Shown: one piece after another, positions 9,090 to 20,926 of the stretch
How positions within the stretch are numbered: the stretch's first letter is position 1
Layout: every line of letters begins with the position of its first letter
Assembly (NCBI GenBank): GCA_022009855.1
Contig: CP091727.1
Location: forward strand, 3,006,145-3,070,144
Source: Lentisphaeria bacterium
GTDB taxonomy: Bacteria; Verrucomicrobiota; Lentisphaeria; Victivallales; Victivallaceae
Reading direction: 5' to 3'
DNA: 64,000 bases
The notes under the pieces: model-generated
The model's database searches: none
What the model saw: the letters and a program-made list of their open reading frames with translations, nothing else
What the model was told of the DNA's origin: nothing
Made by a program: the position numbers and the translations under genes

Positions 9090-9763
9090 ATGTTTCGTTT
9101 CAAAGGGAGAAAATTTACTTTGATAGAACTTCTTGTCATTGTCGCGATTATTGCAATCCTTATGGCTGTTCTTCTTCCGTCTCTTCAGAAGGCAAGGGCT
9201 TCCGGGTTGAAGGCAAATTGCATTTCCAATTTGAAGCAGTGGAGTCTGGCATTTGCCTCGTATGCGGGGGATAACAACGATATGGTTCCCTGGAAAAACT
9301 ATGACTGCAACAACCGGGGACGGCATATACTGGATCTTACCTTCAAGTATTTGATAAAATCAAACCTCTCAATTTTTGATTACAATAAAAAGAAGTTCAA
9401 AAACTACTCTGCCCGGCACCTCCACTCATGGCCGATGGCTGGATCTCTCGCAGTCTTTACGGCGTTAATTACGCGGTTTCCGGAAATATGTGGGCCAATG
9501 AATCAAAACCAATGAAAAAGTATTTTTCCGCCTACAAATCGCCGTCACAGGTTTTTCTTGAGGCGGACAATGCCAGGCAGCTGTATATTTCAGCGCCGAC
9601 GGAAGTTGCCCCGCAGACAATCGCTCCGATGAGCAAGACCTTCCATTATCTTCATGGCGGAACGGCAAATCTGCTGTTTTTAGACGGGCATACGGGATTC
9701 TGCCGTCCGCCGGTCAACAAATGGAGCCTGATCCAGAACGGGTATGCGTTTTATGTAGAATAA
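9090..9763 (+). CDS. Prepilin-type N-terminal / H-X9-DG protein (DUF1559-like) #1
   Basis: [16 protein letters not shown]...[20 protein letters not shown]; one frameshift. Confidence 0.88.
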
Positions 9764-9781
9764 AAAAATCGGAGAAAATCA

Positions 9782-12700
9782 ATGTTAAAATCCTCAATTT
9801 CCCTGATATTGCTCTTCTCATTCGGAGCGTTTGCCGGCAATGTCCAGTTCCCGGACGCGGACCAGATTGATCCGCTGATCCGCTATCAGAAGAACAGCAA
9901 GCTGGAAGTGGCTCCGGATGGAACGTTGCGAGTCAATGGAAAAATTCACTATTTTCTTTCTGCGCAGATTTCGATGGCTCATCCCTGGGCGAACACCCTG
10001 AAAGTTCCGGGTGTACCTGAGGCTCTTGGATGGCTGTACAACAAGTACCCGGACTATGATTCTCTTCAACGGGTCGGATTTGACTTTATCGGGACCTCTG
10101 TCCCGCCGTATTTTCTAAAGGAATACAGTAAAACGGTCAACATTGACCAGCTGAAAGATACACCGGTTGTCCGTGCGGAACAGAAACAGCTCTGGCAGAG
10201 CGGTCTTCCGGTTTATATCGACATTACCTGTTTTGAATGGGTGAGAGGGTGTCTTGCTTACGGCTGGATGGGGTGCAAGCAGAGCGATATTCCGGAAGAA
10301 GCGCGCAACACCCGTTACAAAACACCTTTCAACCGTTGGGCACCATACAGCTTCATGCATCCCGCCGGACGGGAAATCTATCGGAAAATGTGGACCGAAA
10401 CGGTTCGGTTCGCCAAGAAACACGGCACAAAAAATCCTCGCATACGAACTCTTCAATGAGGCGGGTTACAACGATCCATCCGACTACAATCGGAAACTGT
10501 TTGCCGGGTATCTGAAACAGAAATATAAAAATCCGGAAGAGATGAACCGTCTCTGGAAAAGCTCGTATGCGTCGTTCGAGGCTGCGTCTCGATTCAAGGA
10601 TCAGAAGGAGAATCTCGGACTGTTCGTCGAATGGGGAAAGTTCATGGAGGAGTGCGCAGTCGATCTCTGCGCGTTCGGACAGGCGGAAATCCGCAAGATT
10701 GATCCGAATGCTTATGTGACCAATCAGATTAACGGCGGAGGCATGTATCGGACCATTTCCGTCAACAATTTCAACATGTACCGGATGTCGAAAGTGCTGA
10801 ATGCGGTCGTCTATCCAACCGGAGGAGCCAATACACAGCCTGCAGGTTTGCACAGGGAACCGGTCCGGACTTTGGATGCACCCGATTTCGTCGGTCAGGA
10901 CTCTCTTGTCACATACGCATATTACAAAGTTCTTGCAGAAGGGAAACCGCTGTTCAACGATGAAAACTACGGAACGGGACGTTCGCTTTTCAATGCGGTT
11001 TGGCAGGATGCGATCCATCACTCCAGCGCCACTAATTTCTGGGCGTGGGGATCCGGGGTCGGACGGTTGAAGCCACATGAACGTAATATCAAAGGCATGC
11101 AGGATTCCGCGAAAAAGTTCGGCTGGGAACTGCTGAATCCGTTTGCGTTTGCTCCTGAACGTCTGACTGAATTTGCTCAGGCGAAAAAAGAGATCGCGAA
11201 ATTCGGAGAGTTCTTCCTGCCGCGAGACAGAGGAATCAAAACGGAAACAGCGGTTCTTCTTTCTTATCCGACTTCGCGTCGGACAGGGTTCCGGTCCGAT
11301 CTGCCCGACACGCATCTGATGCCGCTTTATACCAATGCTTTGATTTTCTCACATCATCCAACCGATGTGATTGCGGAAGAACATCTGGCGGAGGGACGCG
11401 CCGACCGCTACAAAGTCATCGTCGCCGCGGGAGTCAGCAACACCATGCCGGGAACGGTGAAGCATCTGATGGAGTTTGTCCAACGGGGCGGCGTTCTGAT
11501 TCTCGGACGCACCTTCCCCGGAATGGATGAATACGACAATCCCAATCCGGAATGGGAATCCTATCCCGGCTGGAAGATCCGTGCCACGGAAGTTCCAGCC
11601 GCCGGATATGCCGCATTCGAGACCCGTTTCCGGGCGGCGTTCTGCCCGGAGACCTGAAAGGCCGTCTCTCCCTCACCCCCCTCCTTCGAAGGGAAGTGGG
11701 AAGAGATCGGAAAGTGCGCCGGACGCGGGGCCCTTTTCCGCAGAGCCTTCGGAAAAGGATGGGTCTACCTCATTCTGCCCGAACTGCGCATATATCCGCT
11801 GGCGGCGCTGCTCGGCGGTATTCTTGAACGGCATCAAGTTCGCCCGCCGCTTGTCATTGCAAACGCGAATGGAACCGAACTGCCTCCGAACATTGAACTG
11901 CATGTTTCGAAACTCAATGGGAAACACGCCGCATTTCTGTTCAACTACGACTCGTATCCGAAACTGATTACGCTGAAACCGGAACGGAAGAGCGCCGCAT
12001 TCGATCTGATTTTCCGTAAGAAACTGCCGGAAACAAAACATGGATTTCTCTATCTTCTTCCGGCGCAGAGTCGTGGAATCGTCGCTTTCGGAGAAGAATC
12101 GCTCTACAAGGAGTTTGGACCGTTTACGCCGATTTCCGAAGATGGGCTTCTGGCGGAAAAACGCCTGGAGGAAGAGAAACAGGAACAGAAACGCAGAGCG
12201 GTCAAAACGCAGTATTCTCCCGATCCTCTGCGGACACGGACAATTGATCTGCGTCCGTTCTGCAACCGCGAATACGTGGACAACAAAGCTGGCGACGGAG
12301 TCGGCGGCTGGTCCGACGAAGGACGCTCGATGAGCCTGGAACATGTTCCCTTCTATCCCGAAGTGCTGGACGGAGTCCCATGTGATTTCATCCGTCCGGA
12401 TATGAACGAATACAAAACCTGCATTGTACTGCAATCCACCCGCGGAACGAATGCCGCACTTCCGGAGGCGGTCCGCGGAATTCCGGTTCATGCAAAGGTG
12501 AAGAATCTCTATTTCTTCCATACGACCGTCTGGGCGGAAAAGAACAAACAAGTTCTGACCTACCGGATTCACTATGCCGACGGAAAATCGCTCGACCTCC
12601 CGGTCCGTGTGGGGAAAGAGATCGGCGACTGGTATCTGGCGTCAACCCCCGTCGAACAGAAGAAGCGGATTGCCTGGCGCAACAGTAATGGGCATGGATT

Positions 12701-13351
12701 CTTTCTCTGGCAGTGGAAAAATCCCCGTCCCGAAACGGAAATCCTCTCTCTCGACATCCTCTCCGCAAACGGTTCGACCGTTCCGATCGTGCTGGGAATC
12801 ACGATGGAGGAAGCCGGCTCTTCTCCGCTGATACCAATCTCCAGCGCGGAAGAATTCGACACATTCTTCATCCCGGAAATGCATTATCAGAAAACAATGC
12901 GCCATAAAATTCTGCTGGAACCCACGGACGGTCACGGTTTGCGCATCCGCACTAAAGATTCCAACAGCGGATTTATCAGCCGCCGTAACTTCGGAAAAGG
13001 AAGCGTTTCTCTGGAACTGCTGAACGAGTCACAGAATCCCCGGATCACTCTTCATCTTCTGCAACGTGCAAAAGAATATTTTTTCTCTCTCTCAACTTCA
13101 AGGCCCGGAAAGGATTTCTTGCGGAAATCCGCAACGGAAAGGAAGTTGTCCGGAAAGAGTTCGGAGTTCCTGGCGTCAAGACAGGAACTCCCTATCTGCT
13201 GACCGGAACTTATACCGGAAAGAGTGTTCAGTTCAAACTCAATGGAACGCTGCTTGCGGAACTTCCGGCACCCTCCGGAGCGCGGGGCAGGATCACCTTG
13301 CACCAGAACTGGTGGAATGCGGTCTGCATCAGCAAGCTCGGATTCGAATAA
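9782..13351 (+). CDS. Large secreted glycoside hydrolase (GH42/beta-galactosidase-like) with accessory domains; several frameshifts, 3' end approximate
   Basis: Signal peptide; YELFNE acid/base motif; YLKQKYKNPEEMNRLWKSSYASF; trimerisation-like domain; GDGVGGWSDEG module. Confidence 0.7.
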
Positions 13352-13373
13352 AACAGAGGAACTCCGGAGATAA

Positions 13374-13411
13374 GGGGCTGTTGCAAAACCTCATGGTTTT
13401 ACAACAGTTCC
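13374..13411. repeat. REP-like palindrome copy 1 (GGGGCTGTTGCAAAACC...GGTTTTACAACAGTTCC)
   Basis: Hairpin; related copy at 18869-18916. Confidence 0.6.
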
Positions 13412-13510
13412 GCAATTCCACTTTTCTTTCCCGGCAGAAGAACATGCCGTCAACGTATTTCCAGCAAAAAAAAGCGGCAGGAAAATCTGCCGCGCCATCC
13501 CCTTTTCTTG

Positions 13511-13542
13511 TTTTACTTCTTTTCACGGGGAAAAGAAGTAAA
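13511..13542 (-). terminator. Hairpin immediately 3' of tRNA-Ser
   Basis: TTTACTTCTTTTC/GAAAAGAAGTAAA 13-bp stem. Confidence 0.6.
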
Positions 13543-13630
13543 TGGCGGAGAGAGTGGGATTCGAACCCACGTAGAGTTGCCCCTAACCACATTTCCAATG
13601 TGGCGCCTTCGACCACTCGACCATCTCTCC
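13543..13630 (-). tRNA. tRNA-Ser(GGA)
   Basis: GGAGAGATGGTCGAGTGG...CCACA-TTGGAAA-TGTGG, long variable arm, GTTCGAATCC, CCA end; 88 nt. Confidence 0.97.
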
Positions 13631-13683
13631 GAATGATTTTCTAAATATAGTCCCTGATTTGCGAAAATCAAGCGCCGATCACG

Positions 13684-14305
13684 CTAATTTTCGTTTTTAT
13701 CGGCATCGGTGTGCCAGAAAAGTTCCCGGTAGCGGATGAAATACCCCAGACCGGAAAGCACCGTCACCAGCACGATTCCGCAGAGATACGCGATCCAGAC
13801 GTACCAGAGCCGTATGCCGAACCACTTCGCGCTGTGCAGGTCAAACTCCCATACCCAAGACGCTCCCGCGATCGCCAGCATTACCATCTGAAGCGCCGTC
13901 TTCAGCTTCCCCCACCGGTCCGCCGAAATCACCACCTGCTTTTTTTGCCGCCAGCGTCCGCAGGCCCGTCACCATGAATTCCCGACAGAGCACCGCCACC
14001 GCGATCCACGCGGGCATCAGCCGGTACTCCACCGCGATCAGCATCGTCGCCGTTACGAAGATCTTGTCCGCCAGCGGATCCATCAGCGCGCCGAAATCGG
14101 TGATCTGATTCCAGCGCCTCGCCAGATGCCCGTCCAGCAGGTCGGTCGTCCCCGCCAGAATCGCCAGAATGTACGCCCCCAGTCGCAGCGGAAAGACGCA
14201 GCTCTCCGCAAGATAGTAGTGGTTCGCCAATGTCGCCAGCACCACGAAAATCATCACCATGATAATGCGGCTGACGGTCAGGATATTCGGCAGATTTTTA
14301 CGCAT
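13684..14305 (-). CDS. pgsA: CDP-diacylglycerol--glycerol-3-phosphate 3-phosphatidyltransferase (one frameshift)
   Basis: NLPNILTVSRI; TDLLDGHLARR...FGALMDPLADK; REFMVTGLR; GKLKT. Confidence 0.9.
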
Positions 14306-15675
14306 GTGTTGTTCCCTTTGTGTGTATGCGGACCGGTTCCGCAATGAGATCGTACCCTTTCGCGCCGATCACTCTGACCCGGCAGAACTCTCCTTCGTGG
14401 AGTCGTTTCGGTTCCGGAATGATGATGACGTTGTCGATTTCCGGCGCATCCATCGGGCCGCGCGCGATCGCCACGCGGTCGTCGATCTCGTCGATCAACA
14501 CCCGGAACTCTTTTCCTTCCAGATTCCTGTTTGCCCGCTTCATCCGTGAGAGCTGCTGTTTCATCAGTTTCGTCGAACGTGCCTCGGCAAGCTCTGCCGG
14601 AATCTGGTCCGGCAATTTTGCCGCCGGTGTCCCCGGCTCCGGTGAGTAGGGGAATACGCCGCACCGTTCAAAACGGAATTTCCGGGCGAATGCCAGCAGC
14701 TCTTCGAACTCCTCTTCGCTCTCCCCGGGAATCCGGTGATGAAGGTGGTCCGCAGCGTCAGGCCGGGAATCCGCCGCCGCAGCGTCGAAAGCAGCGTTTC
14801 GATCTCCTCCCTGGTCACGTGGCGGTTCATCGCCCGCAGGATCCGGTCGGAGATGTGCTGGAGCGGAATGTCGAGATAGGGCAGCACCTTCGTATCCTGC
14901 CGCGCCAGAAAATCGATCAGCCCTTCCGTGTAGTGAGCCGGATGCGTGTAGAGCAGCCGGATGACGAAATCCCCTTCGAGCGTTCAGCTCCTCCAGCAGA
15001 AGCTGGAGATTTTCCCCCGCTTCGGGGCGATCCATGCCGAAAGCGGTGATGTCCTGCGCGATCACCAGCAGTTCGCGCACTCCGTTGCCGATCAGAGCCT
15101 TCGCCTCCGCCGTCACCGAGGCGATGGAACGGCTGCGCAACGATCCCCGGATTCCCGGAATGCTGCAATAGGTGCAGCGGTTGTTGCAGCCGTCGGCAAT
15201 TTTGAGGTAGGCCAGATGCGGCAGGGTAAGCTGAAGTCGCGGCGTAGTTTCGTCGTAGAGATAGCAGGGCGAACCGGCGGGCGCCGGGGCGTCGCCGCCG
15301 TCGAGCAGTTCGGCGAGTTTCGCCGTCTGATTGACTCCTGTCCAGAGGTCAACTTCTGGAAATTTCTTCTTTACATCGCCCGCTTTGTCCCACTCCGTGA
15401 GGCAGCCGGAAACCACCAGACGGCGGCCTTCGGCGGCACGTTCCATTCAATCGCTTCGCGGATTGCCGCAAACGCCTCTTCCCGTGCGGCAGGTAGGAAG
15501 GCGCAGGTGTTGATCACATACAGATCCGCTTCTTCCGGATCGAACGTCAGCGTGCGGCCGGAACTGAGCAGTGTTCCTGCAATCACCTCCGTGTCGACGA
15601 GATTTTTGGAGCAGCCGAGGCTGACCAGGAAGAGTGCCGACGGTGCGGCGGGTTGTTTTTTCTGCGCGATTCCAT
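14298..15675 (-). CDS. rimO: Ribosomal protein S12 methylthiotransferase (frameshifted)
   Basis: SLGCSKNLVD, INTCAF, AYLKIADGCNNRCTYC, DAPEID, TRAM domain. Confidence 0.92.
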
Positions 15676-15682
15676 AGATAGT

Positions 15683-16523
15683 TCACTCCTGTCTGATATG
15701 GCTCCAGACATATTCGGCCGCCTTCCGGTCGGGTGCGACCACCACCGGTGCTTTCAGCCGCCAGCGCGCCGACCCGGGCGTGAGATTGAAATTCCCGCCG
15801 GAAACGACCTCCAGCCCCAGTTCCCGACCGTCGGCGAAACAGCTGGTGAACCCCGCCGCCCGGACAATCGGCAGGCCGCCCGCGAGATCCCACAGCTTGC
15901 AGCTCTGCACGTAGGCGAGGATTCTTCCTTTCAACAGCGCGTAGTAACAGCCGACGCAGGTGCTCCAGGCGAACACCTGGTTGGGCAGATCGAACCGCCA
16001 CAACTTTGCGCCCTGCTGCGGAATGCAGATGTGTCCGGCCGGTGATAGCTCCATGCGCCGTGGCTGGAATGGTGTCACTTCCGGGTTGCCGCTTTGAAGA
16101 GCGCGGGCCGAGAACAGGGTGCCGCGGCAGGTGATGAGCGCCTCGTCATCGACCGGCATGTAGATTGCGCCTTCGGTGAGCACACCCTTCTCCATTCTGC
16201 CGATGGAGATGCCCCAGAGCGGCACATGGGCGGAGTAGGGGGCGGTACCGTCAATTGGATCGACCACATGGCAGATGCCGCGCAACGCCTCGTCGAGGTA
16301 CTCCTCCGTTCTGGTGCCGACGCTCTCTTCGCCGATCATGAAGCTGCCTGCCGCGGGGCGGTCGAATGCTTCGGCGAATCTTTGTTCAATCGCACGGTCG
16401 GCATTGGTTACGACTGTCTGATCCGCTTTGAGTTCAACCTGCGGCGCGGACCAGGAGGCGAGGGCGAGCGCACCGGCTTCCCTTCAATAAACTTAAAATG
16501 TTGTCGATTTTCCAGTTGCGCAT
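15683..16523 (-). CDS. Inositol monophosphatase family protein (frameshifted)
   Basis: IGEES, VVDPIDGT, KLWDLAGG motifs. Confidence 0.85.
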
Positions 16524-16701
16524 GATTTTCCGGAGCCGCCGTATCGAATTCTTCGAAAAGTATGATTTTATACAATAGATTATTATTTCATTTTTACAAA
16601 TCGGAAGCTTGCTTTTTTGCGAGGATATTATATTTTTAAGAGAAGTATTTTTCTGCCGGCCCTGTAAATGCCGGCGTTTTTCAATCGCGGAGAAAATTCC
16701 C

Positions 16702-18652
16702 ATGCTGAAATTATCCAAACTGTTCGGTGACCATGCGGTGCTTCAGCGCAACCGTACGATTGTGGTCTGGGGGTGGTGTGATCCCTTTACTTCTGTGAGC
16801 GGAACCCTGGGTACGGCGACCGCCGCCGCCCGTTCCGGCGGAGACGGGCGTTTCACGCTTCGTTTTCCGGCGCTTCCGGCGGGCGGTCCGCTGAAGCTGA
16901 CGGTGGAGGCGAAAAGCACCGGAGAAACAGTCTCCTCCTCGGATCTGCTGATCGGCGAGGTGTGGGTGGCGAGCGGGCAGTCCAACATGCAGTTCTGTGC
17001 AGGGGAACTCACGTCGCGGATCGAGACGATCCGACGGGAGACTTCGCCTTCGATGCCGCTGCGGATGTTCACCGTGCCGCGGACCGCGCAGATCGCTCCG
17101 CCGCTGGATGCCGAAGGCGAATGGCAGCTTCATCTGCCGGAGAATGTTGACTCCTGGTCGGCGGTGGGATTGTTTTTCGGGCGCAGGCTGCACCGGGAAC
17201 TCAACGTGCCGGTGGGGGTGATCGCCTCCAGCTGGGGCGGTACGATCGCCGAGGCGTGGACCAGCCGGGAGATGCTGATGCGCAATCCGGACTTCGCCGC
17301 CGATGTGGCCCGGTATGAATTAAATGTGAGTCGCCCCGAATACTGGGATTCCCTTTCCGAGGAGGATTTGAGGCTGACTGAAGTCGGGGAGGCCGCGATT
17401 ATGCGGCGGTTGCGACAGCTGCTGCCGCCACTCTCGGAGCGGGGCGTGACGGAGCGATGGTTCGCCCCGGAATACGATGATTCCGACTGGGAGCGGGCGA
17501 AACTGCCCCGTTCCTGGACGGAGCTGCGGATCAATTTCAACGGAATCGTCTGGTTCCGCCGCGAGGTGGAGATCCCGGCAGAATGGGCCGGGCGTGATCT
17601 GAACTTGTCGATCGGCGGAGTGGACAAGCACGATGTGACCTGGTTCGACGGCGTGGAGGTCGGGCGGACCGGTGAGGGGGTGGAGACCGAGTGGTGGAAT
17701 CTGCCGCGCACCTACCGGATTCCCGGGGAACGGGTGCGGGCCGGCCGGCGCATCATCGCTGTGCGGGACTACTCCTTCCTCTACGACGGCGGCATGATCG
17801 GCCCGGCGGAGCAGATGCATCTCGTCCCGGCGGACGGCGAAGGGAAAGCGATTCCGCTTGCCGGCGAATGGAGCTATGCGGTTGAATCGAATATCGGCTG
17901 GATGAAGGACCGGGTCAACTCCATGGGAACCGGGAATCCGAACTCGTATGGGATGCTGTTCGACAACATGATTCGGCCGCTGATTCCGCTGGCGATGCGC
18001 GGCGTGATCTGGTATCAGGGGAGTCCAACGAGCGGGCGCCGCAGCTGTACCGGAAGCTGATGGAGGAGCTGATCGCCGACTGGCGTTTCCGCTGGGGGCA
18101 GGGGGATTTCCCTTCCTGCAGGTGATTCTGGCGGGATTCCGCAATCCGGAGCTTTATCAGGCGAGGGCGTTGTGGCCGCAGATCCGTGAAGCGCAGGCTC
18201 TCGCGGCCGCGGCGAGCGGGAATCTGACCGCTTCCGCCATCGATCTCGGGGAGGCCTCGGACATTCATCCGCATCGGAAGCAGGAGGTCGGCGAACGGTT
18301 GGCGCTGGCGGCGTTGGAGCAGGCGTACAGTCGGCCGGTGGTCGGTTCCGGGCCGGTGTTCCGCGAGATGAAGCTGGAGGAGGGGGCGATCCGGCTCTGC
18401 TTCGACCACTGCGGCGCGGGATTGACGGCGCACGGACGGGAACTGGTTGGATTCTGGATCGCCGATCACTCCCGGGTGTTTTATCCGGCGACGGCGGTGA
18501 TCAGCGAAAACACCGTGCTGGTCTCTTCACCGGAGGTTTCCGCGCCGGTGGCGGTCCGCTATGCGTGGGCGGACAACCCGGAGGAGGCCAATCTCTACAA
18601 CAGCGCGGGACTGCCCGCAAGCTCCTTCCGGACCGACACCTGGGAGGTGTGA
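16702..18652 (+). CDS. Sialate O-acetylesterase family protein (frameshifted)
   Basis: GEVWVASGQSNM, WGGT, GVIWYQG, DIHP, VAVRYAW. Confidence 0.9.
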
Positions 18653-18751
18653 ACGCCCGGGCAGGGAGATTTGCGCCGGAGTTCTTGACTTTGGCGCGGG
18701 CGGAGCTATGTTAAAAGAGAGGATCCTGTAACAGCAAGGAGGGCGAATACG

Positions 18752-18849
18752 ATGAGCAAGAGTCACGACGTCAAGAAGGAGACCAAAAGGCGCCGGCCAA
18801 GACCCTGAAGGAGAAGCGCGCGGAAAAGCGTGCCAAACGCGGCGAGTGA
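18752..18849 (+). CDS. Small basic protein, ~32 aa (MSKSHDVKKETKKAPAKTLKEKRAEKRAKRGE after restoring one A)
   Basis: SD AAGGAGG, upstream TTGACT..TATGTT, downstream hairpin; too short for the ORF track. Confidence 0.6.
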
Positions 18850-18868
18850 CGCATCGCCCGAAAAAAAG

Positions 18869-18916
18869 AAAAGGGGCTGTCGCATACCGTATGTGGTTTT
18901 GCAACAGCCCTTTTTT
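18869..18916. terminator. Bidirectional terminator / REP-like palindrome copy 2
   Basis: AAAAGGGGCTGTCGC...GCAACAGCCCTTTT between convergent genes. Confidence 0.7.
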
Positions 18917-18933
18917 GCTTCCCTCCCGGGAAA

Positions 18934-19894
18934 TCATTTCATCGTCAGAACCACTTTGCCGATGTTTTCGCAGCGGCGGAGTACGCCGTGCGCCTCGTTC
19001 ACCTGCTGAATCGGGAATACCGCGTGGATGTTGGTGACCAGCTTCCCGGCGGTGAAGAGCGGCCACAGTTCCCGCTGCAGTGCACGCAGGATGTTGCTTT
19101 TCTCCTCCGGGGTGCGGCTGCGCAGCGTGCTGCCGATGAGCCGGATGCGTTTCCGCCAGACCGTTTCGAGGTTGATGGTGGTTTCCGCGCCGCCCATCGT
19201 GGCGATCATGATCCAGCGGCCGCCGAAGACCATGTTGCGGAAGCATTCGCCCATCAGTTTGCCGCCGATGCAGTCGAGCGCGACGGTCGGCGGATGCGCT
19301 TCGATCACCGGGCGGACATCCTCCTTGCGGTAGTCGAGCACGTAGTCCGCGCCGAGGCGGCGGACGAATTCCGCCTTTTCCGGCGAATCGATCGTGGTGA
19401 TGACCTCCGCCCCCCATCTGCTTGGCGAACTGAATCGCCGCCAGGCCGACACCGCTGGCCCCCGCCTGCATGTAGAAGACGTCGCCCGGCTTCATGCCGC
19501 CGGCCTCCTGCTTCAGATTGAGGTAGACCGTACACCACACCTCCGGCAGCGAGGCCGCCTCGATCATCGAGAGCCCCTCCGGAATCGGAATGACCATTCC
19601 CGCCGGAACCGTGACCTTCTGCGAATAGCCGCCGCCGCCGAGCAGGGCGCACACCTTGTCTCCGGGCTTGACCGCCGCGTCGGCCGGGGCTTCGAGCACC
19701 ACGCCGGAGACTTCGAGACCGCACCACTGCGGCCAGTCCGGCGGCGACGCGTAGCAGCCGTCCTTCTGCATCAGGTCGGCGCGGTTGACCGCCGCCGCGT
19801 GGACGTCGATCAGCACTTCGCCCTCTTTGCGGACCGGATCCGGCACCTCGCTCCAGACGAAGTTCTGTTTGTCGTCAAAAATCATTGCATACAT
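18934..19894 (-). CDS. NAD(P)H-quinone oxidoreductase (PIG3/Qor-type MDR; one frameshift)
   Basis: AVNRADLMQ, GLEVSG, AGASGVG, GSTLRSR, GKVVL. Confidence 0.9.
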
Positions 19895-19898
19895 GGGC

Positions 19899-20912
19899 TT
19901 ACCTCCATTGTGTGTATCCGGCTGCCGCCAGAGTGATTTCGTGTACCAGATAGTCGTGATCGTAACTGTAGGTGCTCTTGCCTTCGCCGCGGATCACTCT
20001 CGCCAGTTCTTTGAACTGCTCGACATACCGGTCGGTCTGCGGCGGGAAGCGGAGCGTGTGCTCGCCCGCCGGGAAACTCCCGGAGTTCTCACCGAGCGAG
20101 AGCGAAAGTTCCACCGGACGGCCGTCGAACCGCTCCAGGGGACTGAATTCGATCACCCCCCTGCTTCCGGCGATCCGCATCCGGCGCTGACACCCCGGGG
20201 CTCTGCTGCTGGAGCGCAGCGTCACCGACGCGTGCGGATACTCCAGCACCGCCATGCAGCTGTTCCGGGTGGTTTCCGGGCAGCCGGGGGCGGATTTCAG
20301 GAAGGGAGTCACCTGTTCCGGCCGCCCCATCGCGGCGACGACGAAGTCGATCAGGTGGCACCCGAGGTTGTACATGATTCCGCCCCGGAATTTGCCGATG
20401 TACTCCTGGTACTCATCGCCGCCGTAGTTATGGTTCATGTCGGCTTCGATTTCGAACACCTCGCCGATCAGCTTCTCCCGTACCGCGGCGATGCAGAACT
20501 GAAACGCCGGATTGCCGCGGAACATGAACCCCATCTGGAACGGCAGATTCCGTTCACGGCAGCCGTCGAGCAGTTTGCGGTAGAGGGCAAGGTCCTCTCC
20601 CGCCGGTTTGTCCATGTGCATGGCCAAGTTGTGCTCCATGCAGCGGAGCGCGGTCGGTACGAGTTCGTTGTTCGGCACCTCCACCGTGACCGCCTGCAGA
20701 CCGGGATAGTTCAGCACCTCCTCTTCGGTCATCCACTTCAATCCTTCGTAGGGCTGAAGGTTTTTCCCGGAAAATTTCGGCGTGGTCGAGGTGGCGTTGT
20801 CGTCGACGACGCCGACGATTTCAAACAGTTCCGGCAGCCGGCGCAGTGCGGTGATCTTGCCGGAGGCGTGTTCGTGACAGACGCCGATCTGAGCGATTTT
20901 GATCTTTTCCAT
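19899..20912 (-). CDS. Gfo/Idh/MocA family oxidoreductase
   Basis: IAQIGVCHEHA, HMDKP, GGIMYNLGCH. Confidence 0.9.
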   Translation of the reverse strand: MEKIKIAQIGVCHEHASGKITALRRLPELFEIVGVVDDNATSTTPKFSGKNLQPYEGLKWMTEEEVLNYPGLQAVTVEVPNNELVPTALRCMEHNLAMHMDKPAGEDLALYRKLLDGCRERNLPFQMGFMFRGNPAFQFCIAAVREKLIGEVFEIEADMNHNYGGDEYQEYIGKFRGGIMYNLGCHLIDFVVAAMGRPEQVTPFLKSAPGCPETTRNSCMAVLEYPHASVTLRSSSRAPGCQRRMRIAGSRGVIEFSPLERFDGRPVELSLSLGENSGSFPAGEHTLRFPPQTDRYVEQFKELARVIRGEGKSTYSYDHDYLVHEITLAAAGYTQWR

Positions 20913-20926
20913 CGGGGAAACCTCCG

